A stretch of DNA of 39,746 bases, from sequence record SRR20825006_681; one strand, given 5' to 3'. Shown here one piece after another: positions 1 to 8,898 of the stretch. Every line of letters starts with the position of its first letter. The stretch's first letter is position 1. The translations under genes and the position numbers were made by a program. The notes beneath the pieces were generated by a model. The model saw only the letters and a program-made list of their open reading frames with translations, did not search any database and was not told where the DNA came from.

Positions 1-30
1 CAGCGCTCTATCCAGCTGAGCTACGGGTGC
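1..30 (-). tRNA. 5' part of a tRNA, probably tRNA-Arg(CCG); truncated by the window edge
   Basis: Reverse complement reads GCACCCGTAGCTCAGCTGGATAGAGCGCTG (acceptor 5' strand plus D-arm). The anticodon lies outside the window, so Arg is inferred from resemblance to known tRNA-Arg 5' ends. Confidence 0.8.
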
Positions 31-172
31 GCCGGTGCGCCTATAATTGGGCAGTGATTGCCACGGCGCGAATGTGCCGGGAACTTAAACCAAGCCTTGG
101 CTCGTGACAATGCTCAATTTCACCCATTTTGGGATAAATTTGGCGATTGCGCTTCACATTTGAAATTTCGGG

Positions 173-200
173 TTGAATGGGCGGGGGCGGCAGGTAACAT
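173..200 (+). promoter_or_regulatory. Candidate sigma70 promoter of polA
   Basis: TTGAAT (173-178), 16 bp, TAACAT (195-200), upstream of the SD GAAGGA and ATG 253. Confidence 0.4.
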
Positions 201-252
201 GAGCGCTTGATGGGCGAATCCCACATCGCTTCTAAGGTTTGAAGGAAACAAA

Positions 253-3105
253 ATGCATCTCTTGCTGGTCGATGGCTCCACTTATATTTTTCGCGCTTAC
301 CACGCCTTGCCACCGCTGGCACGCAAGTCAGATGGGCTGCCTGTTGGCGCTGTGTCCGGCTTTTGCAATATGCTTTATAAGCTGACTTTGGACTTTGAAG
401 GCGAAGAGAATCCCACCCATATGGCGGTGATTTTCGACCATTCCGGCAAAAGCTTCCGCAATGATTTCTATCCTGATTACAAAGCCCATCGGCCGCCGGC
501 GCCGGAAGATCTTGTGCCGCAATTTCCGCTGACGCGCGATGCAACGCGGGCATTTGGCATTGCCTCAGTGGAGCAGGAAGGTTTTGAAGCGGATGATTTG
601 ATTGCCACTTATGCGCGCCAGGCCGAAGCCAAAGGCATGCGGGTGACGATTGTGTCGAGTGACAAGGATTTGATGCAATTGGTGTCTGACAAGATCACCA
701 TGCTCGACACCATGAAAAACAAATGGATCAGCTTTGATGAGGTGCGCGAGAAATTTGGCTGCGGCCCAGACAAGGTGGTGGATATCCAATCGCTGGCAGG
801 CGATAGCGTAGATAATGTGCCGGGCGTGCCGGGCATTGGCATTAAAACCGCGGCGCAATTGATCGAAGAATATGGCGATTTGGACACGCTATTGGCGCGT
901 GCGGGCGAAATCAAACAGAATAAGCGCCGCGAAAATTTGATCGAATTTGCGGATCAAGCGCGCGTGTCGCGCGATTTGGTGCGGTTGAAAGAAGATGTGC
1001 CGGTGGACGTGCCGCTGGACGATTTGACACGCCAGCCCATCAGCGCCAGCGATGTGATCCCCTTCCTGAAGGCGATGGAATTCACAACCATCACGAAACG
1101 GGTGGCGGCTGCCCTTGATGCAGACGCAGAAGAAATTGAAGCGGATGAAAGCCTGGCGGCGGATGAAAGTGAAGTGGAAGCTGCCGCAAGCGTACCTTCG
1201 GGCGAGCATACCCCGCAAGGCTTGTTCGAAAAACGCTTGGCCGAAGTGCAGGCCATTCCGGTGGACCACGATAAATATGAGATTGTCCGGACACCCGATG
1301 CGCTGCAAAAATGGGTTGATGCTATTTGGGACAAGGGGTATGTGGCGATCGACACCGAAACCACAGGCCTTGATAATCAGCAAGCGGATTTGGTGGGCAT
1401 TTGCCTTGCGGTGGAGATGGGCGAGGGCTGCTATATCCCGCTGCAACATAAATCCGGCGAAGGCGATTTGTTGGGTGGCGGCATGGCGCCAGACCAGCTG
1501 CCATTGGCCGATGTGTTGAGTGCGTTAAAGCCAGTTTTGGAAGCGCGTTCAATCCTCAAAATAGGGCAAAATATGAAATATGATATGGGCATGTTGATGC
1601 GCTATGGCATTGAAATGTCGCCCATAGATGACACCATGTTGATGTCCTATGTCACAGATGGCGCGCGCAACAATGGCATGGACGTATTGTCCGAAAAATG
1701 GCTGGGCCATACCCCAATCAAATTCACCGATTTGGCGGGCACGGGCAAAAAACAAAAAACCTTTGATCTGCTGGAGATCGAAGCCGCAGCCAAATATGCA
1801 GCGGAAGATGCAGACATCACATTGCGCCTTTGGCACCTGCTGAAACAGCGCGTGGTGGCGGAAAAAGGCACAACTCTATACGAAACCATTGAGCGGCCAC
1901 TGGTGCCGGTTTTAGCGCGGATGGAAGGGCGCGGCATTCACGTCAATCGGCAAATTTTAAGCCAATTGTCTGGCGAGTTTGCTCAACGTGCAGCAGCGCT
2001 GGAAGCAGAAGCGCACGAATTGGCGGGCGAGAAATTCAATGTCGGTTCGCCCAAGCAATTGGGTGATATTTTGTTTGGCAAAATGGAATTGCCGGGCGGC
2101 AAAAAAACCAAAACTGGCGCATGGCAAACCGGGGCTGGCGTGCTGGAAGATTTGGCGGCAGAAGGCAATGATTTGGCACAAAAAGTGTTGGATTGGCGTG
2201 GCCTGTCTAAATTGAAATCAACTTACACAGATGCGCTGCCAGAATATATCAACCCGCATACGGGCCGGGTGCACACATCTTACGCGCAAGCGGCGGTGGC
2301 CACCGGGCGACTATCCTCTTCTGATCCGAATTTGCAGAACATTCCGGTGCGCTCAGAAGATGGACGCAAAATCCGTACGGCCTTTGTGGCTGAAAAAGGC
2401 AAGAAGCTAATCTCGGCTGACTATAGCCAGATCGAATTGCGGGTGCTGGCCCATATTGCGGATATCGATGCGCTGAAAAATGCCTTTTCCGATGGGCTGG
2501 ACATTCACGCGATGACCGCCTCAGAAATGTTCAATGTGCCGATTGAAGGCATGGACCCGATGGTGCGACGGCAAGCCAAAGCCATCAATTTCGGCATCAT
2601 TTATGGCATTTCCGCCTTTGGCTTGGCGAACCAGCTTGGCATTTCGCGCTCAGAAGCCAGCGACTATATCAAAACCTATTTTGAGCGGTTTCCCGGCATT
2701 CAAGACTATATGAATGAGATGAAAAAGTTCGCGCATGATAAGGGCTATGTGGAAACACTGTTTGGGCGCAAAGCCTTCTTCCCAGAGATCAACACCAAGA
2801 ACCAAGGGCACCGCGCCTTTTATGAACGTGCGGCAATTAACGCCCCGATCCAAGGCTCCGCGGCCGACATTATTCGCCGGGCGATGATCCGCATGGAAGC
2901 GGTGTTGCAGGAAAGCTCCGTGCCCGCAGATATGCTGCTGCAGGTGCATGATGAATTGATTTTTGAAGTGCCTGAAGAAGCGGCAAATGACGCGATCCCG
3001 CTGATCCAAAAAGTCATGTGCGATGCGCCACAACCCGCCGTTCAGCTTAGCGTGCCACTTGAAGTGGACGCACGCGCTGCCGACAATTGGAATGACGCGC
3101 ACTAA
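253..3105 (+). CDS. polA: DNA polymerase I
   Basis: 950 aa. 5'-3' exonuclease N-terminus (LLVDGSTYIFRAYHA, GDSVDNVPGVPGIG), 3'-5' exonuclease motif DTET, polymerase motifs ADYSQIELR, KAINFGIIYG and LQVHDEL. Confidence 0.99.
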   Translation: MHLLLVDGSTYIFRAYHALPPLARKSDGLPVGAVSGFCNMLYKLTLDFEGEENPTHMAVIFDHSGKSFRNDFYPDYKAHRPPAPEDLVPQFPLTRDATRAFGIASVEQEGFEADDLIATYARQAEAKGMRVTIVSSDKDLMQLVSDKITMLDTMKNKWISFDEVREKFGCGPDKVVDIQSLAGDSVDNVPGVPGIGIKTAAQLIEEYGDLDTLLARAGEIKQNKRRENLIEFADQARVSRDLVRLKEDVPVDVPLDDLTRQPISASDVIPFLKAMEFTTITKRVAAALDADAEEIEADESLAADESEVEAAASVPSGEHTPQGLFEKRLAEVQAIPVDHDKYEIVRTPDALQKWVDAIWDKGYVAIDTETTGLDNQQADLVGICLAVEMGEGCYIPLQHKSGEGDLLGGGMAPDQLPLADVLSALKPVLEARSILKIGQNMKYDMGMLMRYGIEMSPIDDTMLMSYVTDGARNNGMDVLSEKWLGHTPIKFTDLAGTGKKQKTFDLLEIEAAAKYAAEDADITLRLWHLLKQRVVAEKGTTLYETIERPLVPVLARMEGRGIHVNRQILSQLSGEFAQRAAALEAEAHELAGEKFNVGSPKQLGDILFGKMELPGGKKTKTGAWQTGAGVLEDLAAEGNDLAQKVLDWRGLSKLKSTYTDALPEYINPHTGRVHTSYAQAAVATGRLSSSDPNLQNIPVRSEDGRKIRTAFVAEKGKKLISADYSQIELRVLAHIADIDALKNAFSDGLDIHAMTASEMFNVPIEGMDPMVRRQAKAINFGIIYGISAFGLANQLGISRSEASDYIKTYFERFPGIQDYMNEMKKFAHDKGYVETLFGRKAFFPEINTKNQGHRAFYERAAINAPIQGSAADIIRRAMIRMEAVLQESSVPADMLLQVHDELIFEVPEEAANDAIPLIQKVMCDAPQPAVQLSVPLEVDARAADNWNDAH

Positions 3106-3125
3106 CGTCTAACGTCACCGAATTG

Positions 3126-3170
3126 CCACTTTGAGGGCATAGCAAAATTTGCACACGCCCCTCAAAGTGG
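3126..3170. repeat. 12-bp perfect inverted repeat (long hairpin) between polA and the small membrane protein gene
   Basis: CCACTTTGAGGG (3126-3137) and CCCTCAAAGTGG (3159-3170); the loop contains a nested GCAAA-A-TTTGC. Confidence 0.7.
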
Positions 3171-3176
3171 AACGAA

Positions 3177-3386
3177 ATGATGACAAAATCATACATTCTT
3201 GCACCTTTGGTCCTGCTCGGCCTGGCCGTTGCATCTTATGTGGCTGAAGCGGTGCTTTACGGTGGTCGACTGGATGAAAATAACGTTGTGCAAGAAAGCT
3301 TTTTCTTGCCGCTTACTTTTATTTTGATTGCATTGGCCATTGTCACCTTTGTTGGCCTCGGCGCCCGTCAATTGCTCAAAAAATAG
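3177..3386 (+). CDS. Small two-TM membrane protein, DUF3955-like
   Basis: 69 aa; two hydrophobic segments flank LDENNVVQESFFLPL, which resembles the DUF3955 loop pattern as I recall it. Confidence 0.7.
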   Translation: MMTKSYILAPLVLLGLAVASYVAEAVLYGGRLDENNVVQESFFLPLTFILIALAIVTFVGLGARQLLKK

Positions 3387-3411
3387 CCCGAGCTGACGGC
3401 TCAGCCCGGGC
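3378..3411 (-). terminator. Intrinsic terminator of the serine hydrolase gene (hairpin between convergent genes)
   Basis: Minus strand GCCCGGGCTGA-GCCG-TCAGCTCGGGC followed by TATTTTTT. Confidence 0.7.
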
Positions 3412-3418
3412 GTTGGGT

Positions 3419-4585
3419 TTAGTCGCAATTGCTGGCAGTTTTAAGCGTGTCCTCAAGGCCGAATAGGTAGAAGCTCGCGGCGAAAAACTCATTCACCATA
3501 TCTTCTTCGGGTTCGCCATTGAGCAACAACACGACCCCGCGTTTCCAATCGCGATTGTAGATCGCGAACGTTACCGCGCCGGGGTCGCCACCTGTGTGAC
3601 CCCAAAAGGTTGTACGGTCGGGCAAAGGCCCTTTCAGACGAAACTTCTCTAAAAATAGCCCATAGCCTTTTTCATCGCCCTCAGTCAGGCCTGCATATAG
3701 CTGCTGAAAATGCTCAGCCTCCAAAATGGTTTCGCCGTTGAAGCTGCCTTCATTGATCATCATGCCCAAAAATGCGGACAAATCTGAAATGGAAGACCGC
3801 AAGCCACCATCTGGCCAACTGGCCAAGCTGTAAGGACGGTTGGGTTTGAAATCGGCAAGGGGCGCATCATAATAGGGGCGGGCCAACTCACCATCCTTAA
3901 AGTCGCTTAAATGCCAATGGGTATTTTTCATGCCCAGCGGTTTAAACACGCGCTCTTCTGTCAATTGATCATAGGGTATCTTTGTCGCTTGCGATACGGC
4001 ATAGGCCGCAAGGGATGAGCCAATATTGCTGTAATGATATTGGCCCGGCTGTACAAAGTTGGCTGCCGCATCAAATTGAGTACCGTTCGGGCTGAGATAG
4101 TCCGCCAAATAAACATCAAGCGGCATCGGGTGATCTTCATCTTGATGATAAGTGTTGGTGGAATAGTAAAATGACTCCCTGTCATTTATCCCGGCGCGAT
4201 GCTGGGCCAAATCAGCAAAAGTCATGTTTTCCCCATTTGATGCCCCAATATTGAAGTTCACATAATCAGCGATCTTTTGATCGATTTGCAGCTCACCGCG
4301 CGCAGCGGCTTGCATCATGCTTACGCCAATCAGCATTTTGGACGTTGAGCCAAGGGTGAAGGCCGTTTCGCCAGTCACTTTTTGTGCAGCTTCTAAATCG
4401 GCATAGCCGAAGCACAGTTTGCCAATTGCGCCTTCAGGCCCCACCAATGCCATCGCGGCACCGGGAATCTCTTGCGACACCAGCATATTCTCAAATTCAG
4501 ATTTCAGGGCTGAAAATTCGTCATCTGCCCATGCAGGGGTCAAACTGCTGCTCAACAGCATGCCTGCCATGATCCACCTAATCAT
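3419..4585 (-). CDS. Exported serine hydrolase, beta-lactamase class C / PBP-like family
   Basis: Signal peptide ending AWA-DD; SxxK (GSTSK), YxN (YSN) and HTG motifs; SD AGGAG upstream. Confidence 0.9.
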   Translation of the reverse strand: MIRWIMAGMLLSSSLTPAWADDEFSALKSEFENMLVSQEIPGAAMALVGPEGAIGKLCFGYADLEAAQKVTGETAFTLGSTSKMLIGVSMMQAAARGELQIDQKIADYVNFNIGASNGENMTFADLAQHRAGINDRESFYYSTNTYHQDEDHPMPLDVYLADYLSPNGTQFDAAANFVQPGQYHYSNIGSSLAAYAVSQATKIPYDQLTEERVFKPLGMKNTHWHLSDFKDGELARPYYDAPLADFKPNRPYSLASWPDGGLRSSISDLSAFLGMMINEGSFNGETILEAEHFQQLYAGLTEGDEKGYGLFLEKFRLKGPLPDRTTFWGHTGGDPGAVTFAIYNRDWKRGVVLLLNGEPEEDMVNEFFAASFYLFGLEDTLKTASNCD

Positions 4586-4706
4586 TTCGCACTCCTTTGA
4601 TGATGGAGGCTTAGAAATAAGCTCAAACGAAATTTGTTCAAGTGAAATTTAAAAGATAAAAAATTAAAATAATACTTTAATTTAATTCTGGCGTGCGTTA
4701 GATGTG

Positions 4707-5135
4707 CTAGTCGGCAGGAAATGTGCCTTCATAATAAATCATCTGGCTCCCCTGCAGCGCTTGGCTGAGGTAAAAGCTGTTGGCTTCATCATTGTCCAAC
4801 TCGGTTGCAACCCAATAGCTTTGCGCGCCATGGGCTTGCCCCCATTTGAGGGTTGCGTCGAACAATGATGTGGCGATGCCCTTGCGCTTTTGGGTGGGCG
4901 CAACACCCAAATTATCAATGTAAAGCACGGGCGGCTCATCAGGGCTGAAATGCAAAATGGCGCGGATTTGGCCAACCACCAGATGGTCCAATTCAGCCAC
5001 CGCCATAAAATGCCCGTCCTGCGCGCAAAATGCGTCCAGATATTGAGGGTGGATTGGGGCGTCAAAAACATCCGGCGCCACTGCATCCAACAGATTCATG
5101 TTGGCGTGATTAATGATGTGAATATCAATGCCCAT
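4707..5135 (-). CDS. GNAT family N-acetyltransferase
   Basis: Acetyl-CoA motif A (LGVAPTQKRKGIA) and C-terminal NDEANSFY; SD AGGAGG upstream. Confidence 0.88.
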   Translation of the reverse strand: MGIDIHIINHANMNLLDAVAPDVFDAPIHPQYLDAFCAQDGHFMAVAELDHLVVGQIRAILHFSPDEPPVLYIDNLGVAPTQKRKGIATSLFDATLKWGQAHGAQSYWVATELDNDEANSFYLSQALQGSQMIYYEGTFPAD

Positions 5136-5168
5136 TGTTGCCTCCTGCTATCTACAGCATCGCGCAAA

Positions 5169-5196
5169 CTTGAAACCCTTTCAATCACCCCCATAT
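5169..5196 (+). promoter_or_regulatory. RpoH (sigma32)-type promoter of the exported hypothetical protein
   Basis: CTTGAA (5169-5174), 14 bp, CCCCATAT (5189-5196): matches the sigma32 consensus CTTGAA-N13-15-CCCCATnT. Confidence 0.7.
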
Positions 5197-5232
5197 CTGA
5201 CCAACTTCATGCAATCCGGAGGCGGGGACCAC

Positions 5233-6036
5233 ATGCGCGGAAATCAATTCACGAAAAAGACTCTCATGCTGGCGAGTATTTGTGCCGCAATGTTGACGCC
5301 GAATGTGGCGCTAGCCGAAATGAACCAGGTGGGCACCATCTACCATTATGAGCGTTCAAATCATGATGGCAGCTTGCCCGAACATATTGCGGTCTATTAC
5401 GCGGCGCGGGGCGAAGTTGAGGTGTATAAGGCGCAGGAAAAATGCACCAATGCCGCCTTTGTCCATGCAAAGATGGACCCGGAAACCGGGGTTGCTTCAA
5501 CCATCACAGGCGCGCGGCTATTGCCCGATGCAGAACATATGGATTTCGCCTTTCTCACTTATGATGAGGTGGCCAAAGAGCTTTCAATTCGGGTCGAATT
5601 GCCCAACATGCCGGTGATCGAAAAGTCCACAAAAATCGCGCATACGCCGTGGCATCTCTATGATTTTGATTTTGCCAGCCTCACCATTGCCCACCAATTT
5701 GCCAAAGACCCAAAAGCAGATTTCTCATTTGGTCTGCCGCTATTGTTGGCTGACCCAACTTTGGAGCAGCCGTTGACGGACTTGGGCACCATCGAGGCGC
5801 AGCACGATGAAAGCTACACGGCAGCATCCCATCGTTTTGTTTTGAATTTTGCTGGCAGTGAAGAGCAGGTTGGCGAGTTGATCTTTAACCCGTTTTACGG
5901 CCATTTGGAATTTGCAAAGCTCAATATGCCGAACCATTTGGGCTACGATAATCTTAAGCTGGATCTATTGTCGACCCAAAAAGCCGGCGAGAAAGGCTGG
6001 CATGCCTTCCTCACCGACCATTTCGAAGGGTGCTAG
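5233..6036 (+). CDS. Exported hypothetical protein (267 aa)
   Basis: Start moved from 5128 to ATG 5233, which follows GGAGGCGGGG and gives a Sec signal peptide (MRGNQFTKKTLMLASICAAMLTPNVALA-E). No family recognised. The stop overlaps the MFS stop by 4 nt. Confidence 0.8.
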   Translation: MRGNQFTKKTLMLASICAAMLTPNVALAEMNQVGTIYHYERSNHDGSLPEHIAVYYAARGEVEVYKAQEKCTNAAFVHAKMDPETGVASTITGARLLPDAEHMDFAFLTYDEVAKELSIRVELPNMPVIEKSTKIAHTPWHLYDFDFASLTIAHQFAKDPKADFSFGLPLLLADPTLEQPLTDLGTIEAQHDESYTAASHRFVLNFAGSEEQVGELIFNPFYGHLEFAKLNMPNHLGYDNLKLDLLSTQKAGEKGWHAFLTDHFEGC

Positions 6037-7316
6037 CCTGCGGTTAGCTCAGCACGCCGAGCAGCGAGCTTGGGCTGCAGCGCCAAATAAAGCGCTGAAA
6101 TGGCAAAACAATAAATGGCATTGCCCCAGCTTTGCTGCGCCAGATTGATATTGGCGTCGATCAACATGCCGGAAATGCCTGGCCCTGCGGCAGAGGCAAA
6201 CACCATGCCCGCAATGGCCAAGGCCCGAATGCCGCCAATATGGGCCGTGCCATAAATTTCTGCCCACAAGGCCCCGGCGACAGAAGGGGCCATGCCGCCA
6301 GAAAAGGCGACAAAGATGAAGAATAGGGGTATGGCCCATTGGGCGTTAAAGCTGGCCATCACCAAGCTGGCAATGCCCATCGGCACCAAAAAGAAGGGCA
6401 AAAGCCGAAACGCGCCAAACCGGTCCACCAAAAAGCCTGTGACCAACGCCATGGTCACATTGGTGGCTGACATAAGCGGCAGCCACGCGGTGTAAGTCAG
6501 CACCGACCAACCCTTAATCTCCACCAAATGCGCTTGATGGAAAAAGTAAATCGTGGCCAAGGCAGGCAAGGTCATCGCGCCAAACACCAGTAGATAAAAA
6601 AGTGGGTCTTTCAGCACATTGGTGCGGGTCCAAAATTCGCCCGTCACTTTGCCTTCTTCTTCTCCGTCAGGGTTCACCTCACCACGCGCTTTCGCCCGTT
6701 TGCCATCCGGTGGATCGCGCAGCAAGAATGTGATGATCGGGATAAAGACGACAATCAGAATCGCGGCAGCAGCAATCCAAACATTGCGCCATCCGATCGC
6801 CAAAATCCCCACCGTGACAGAGAAAGGCAAAATGGCTTCGCCAAGCGTGTAGCCCATTTGCGAAAAGGCCAGCGCCCGCCCCCGAAAGCGATTGAACCAG
6901 CGGGCCATGGCCGTTTGCGCCACATGGGGCAACATGCCTTGCCCAAAAAAGCGCAAGCCAAACAGCGCAAACACCAGCACCACCAAATTACCAACTTGCG
7001 ACATAATCAGGGTCATCACTGCAAGGCCAACCAAACAGATAATGCCCAAAAGGCGCGGGCCAATCCGGTCAGCTAGATTGCCGACAACGGAGATCAAGAT
7101 CGCGCTGGCCAAGGTGGCGAGCATATAAAGCTGACCGAATTGACCATCGGTCAGATTAAAGAAACTGCGAATCTCAGTGTTGAATTGAGCGATAAAAATC
7201 GTCTGACCGCCCATGGAGGCGAAGGTCATCATAAAGCCAGCGCCGATCCATTGCACTTGCCGTCGATTAAGGTCCCGCAGCGGCGGGCTGGGAGAGATAA
7301 GAGACATTTGAATCAC
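6033..7316 (-). CDS. MFS transporter
   Basis: About 12 hydrophobic segments; MFS motif A (GNLADRIGPR) and its repeat (GFLVDRFGAFR). The start may be GTG 7316 or ATG 7307. Confidence 0.92.
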   Translation of the reverse strand: MIQMSLISPSPPLRDLNRRQVQWIGAGFMMTFASMGGQTIFIAQFNTEIRSFFNLTDGQFGQLYMLATLASAILISVVGNLADRIGPRLLGIICLVGLAVMTLIMSQVGNLVVLVFALFGLRFFGQGMLPHVAQTAMARWFNRFRGRALAFSQMGYTLGEAILPFSVTVGILAIGWRNVWIAAAAILIVVFIPIITFLLRDPPDGKRAKARGEVNPDGEEEGKVTGEFWTRTNVLKDPLFYLLVFGAMTLPALATIYFFHQAHLVEIKGWSVLTYTAWLPLMSATNVTMALVTGFLVDRFGAFRLLPFFLVPMGIASLVMASFNAQWAIPLFFIFVAFSGGMAPSVAGALWAEIYGTAHIGGIRALAIAGMVFASAAGPGISGMLIDANINLAQQSWGNAIYCFAISALYLALQPKLAARRAELTAG

Positions 7317-7443
7317 TTTCTGCCTTTTCTCGCAAACAAATCTGAACCCGCAACAGGTCAGGTCGCCATATGTCTGAAGAAAGATAATGTGGTTGGACCA
7401 AAACAGTTGATCCTATTTATGAATAAATTGCAAATTTTTACGG

Positions 7444-7483
7444 TTAACCATTACTTAACAAACCGCTCGATTTCCGCTAAAAG
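7444..7483 (+). promoter_or_regulatory. CtrA box overlapping the -35 of the cell wall hydrolase promoter
   Basis: TTAA-CCATTAC-TTAAC (7444-7459) equals TTAA-N7-TTAAC. TTAACA (7455-7460) is followed 17 bp later by TAAAAG within GCTAAAAG. Confidence 0.75.
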
Positions 7484-7538
7484 AATGGCTAACGTCCAAA
7501 CACGCTTTCGAGCGCACGGGGAAATGGGGTTGTTAAGG

Positions 7539-8120
7539 GTGGCAAAATCTATTTTGCGATACGGGTTGGCTGTGGCGTTTTTGCTCCTTGCCGCATGGCC
7601 TGCTGCCTCACAGCAGGCGGTCAACCCGCTCACTCCTGAGCTGTTGGCAAAATACGCCCAAACCAAATTCCAACCGACCGATGAAAAACTTGCGATCGCT
7701 GCGCAGGAAAAGATTTGCCTAACTCAGGCGATCTATCATGAAGCACGCGGCGAGCCAGAAGATGGCCAATGGGCTGTGGCGCAAGTGATTCTCAATCGAG
7801 TTGAGCACCCTAAATATCCTGACAGCATTTGCGGCGTAGTTTTCCAAAACTCGCACCGCATGCATGGCTGTCAATTCTCATTCGCTTGCGATGGCAAATC
7901 CGACAATGGCGGCAAAGGCAATCGTATCGTTCGTGAAAGCTGGGTTAAGGCTGGCTTGATTGCCAACACGGCTTTCAAACGCTTCCAACAGCGCGACCCG
8001 CTGGATGCGTTGCCCACAACCGCGTTGTTTTATCACGCAGCACGCGTTTCACCGAGCTGGGCCACATCCTATCAGCCCGTGAAAAAGATCGGCGCCCACA
8101 TTTTCTATACCCCACTATAA
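7539..8120 (+). CDS. Cell wall hydrolase, SleB / Hydrolase_2 family
   Basis: CLTQAIYHEARGE (catalytic Glu), VAQVILNRV, ICGVVFQ, CQFSF, IGAHIFY. The ORF-track start at 7140 overlaps the MFS gene; GTG 7539 (or ATG 7524) gives a clean signal peptide. Confidence 0.9.
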   Translation: MAKSILRYGLAVAFLLLAAWPAASQQAVNPLTPELLAKYAQTKFQPTDEKLAIAAQEKICLTQAIYHEARGEPEDGQWAVAQVILNRVEHPKYPDSICGVVFQNSHRMHGCQFSFACDGKSDNGGKGNRIVRESWVKAGLIANTAFKRFQQRDPLDALPTTALFYHAARVSPSWATSYQPVKKIGAHIFYTPL

Positions 8121-8129
8121 GGGCAAAAA

Positions 8130-8879
8130 ATGCACACAGACCAAGCATTATGTTGGCGGGTTGAAGAGGCTTGCCAATTGGCTTGGCCGTCCTTGCATGC
8201 GCAAAATATTGGCGGTTATGTTTTCCGCTATAGCGGCTCAAACCGCTCGCGCCGTGCCAACTCTTTTAACCCTTTGAACGGTCAGCGCGCACAGGGCGAA
8301 GATTTTATCACGCAGGCTGAGCAATTCTTCGAGCATTTTCAAATGCGCTTTTGCTTCCGCATACCTGAAATCGGCGCTGAGCTTGATGAGGTGCTGGCCA
8401 CTAAGGGCTATGCCCGCGAGGCTGAAACCATCACTCTTTATGCGTCAGATCTGTCGCATTTCACGTGGGCTTCAGATGTTGAAATCTCAACAGAAAAGAC
8501 ACCTGAAAGCTGGCTGAATTTTTACTTTTCTCTTGCCGAAGAAGATGACCATCAGCGCCAAGTGTTTAGCGAAATGCTGGGTAAAGTTGCGCCACCAATT
8601 GCATATGGCGAGGCCAAAATTGATGGGCAAGTGGGTGCGATTGCCTATGTTGTGCTGGTGAATGGCCTTGCGATCATTGAAGCAGTGGCGACCAACCCGA
8701 ACTATCGACGCCAAGGCCTTGCCGCCAAGGTGGTGGGCAGTTTGCTCGCATGGGCACGGGCGCAAGGGTGCACAGAGGCGGCGCTGCAAGTGGTGGCCGA
8801 AAATGAACCCGCCACCAATCTTTATGCAAAACTAGGCTTTTCAACCGAGCTATATCGTTATCATTATCGCACGAAATAA
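8130..8879 (+). CDS. GNAT family N-acetyltransferase (N-terminal RANS-motif type)
   Basis: RRANS N-terminal motif; motif A (VATNPNYRRQGLA); LQVVAENEPATNLYAKLGF. Confidence 0.9.
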   Translation: MHTDQALCWRVEEACQLAWPSLHAQNIGGYVFRYSGSNRSRRANSFNPLNGQRAQGEDFITQAEQFFEHFQMRFCFRIPEIGAELDEVLATKGYAREAETITLYASDLSHFTWASDVEISTEKTPESWLNFYFSLAEEDDHQRQVFSEMLGKVAPPIAYGEAKIDGQVGAIAYVVLVNGLAIIEAVATNPNYRRQGLAAKVVGSLLAWARAQGCTEAALQVVAENEPATNLYAKLGFSTELYRYHYRTK

Positions 8880-8895
8880 GGGCGCATATGCGCCC
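8880..8895. terminator. Palindromic hairpin between the convergent GNAT and MerR genes
   Basis: Perfect 16-bp palindrome GGGCGCATATGCGCCC in a 19-bp gap; no strong U-tract. Confidence 0.5.
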
Positions 8896-8898
8896 ATA

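Noticed and set aside
4707..5135. GNAT as an aminoglycoside acetyltransferase resistance gene
   Set aside because: Only generic GNAT motifs are visible; the substrate cannot be assigned without a search or assay.
5128..5232. Longer start for the exported hypothetical protein
   Set aside because: It overlaps the divergent GNAT start and lies upstream of the RpoH promoter; ATG 5233 has the SD and the signal peptide.
7140..7523. N-terminal extension of the cell wall hydrolase in the ORF track
   Set aside because: It overlaps the MFS start and the CtrA promoter; the signal peptide begins only at 7524-7539.
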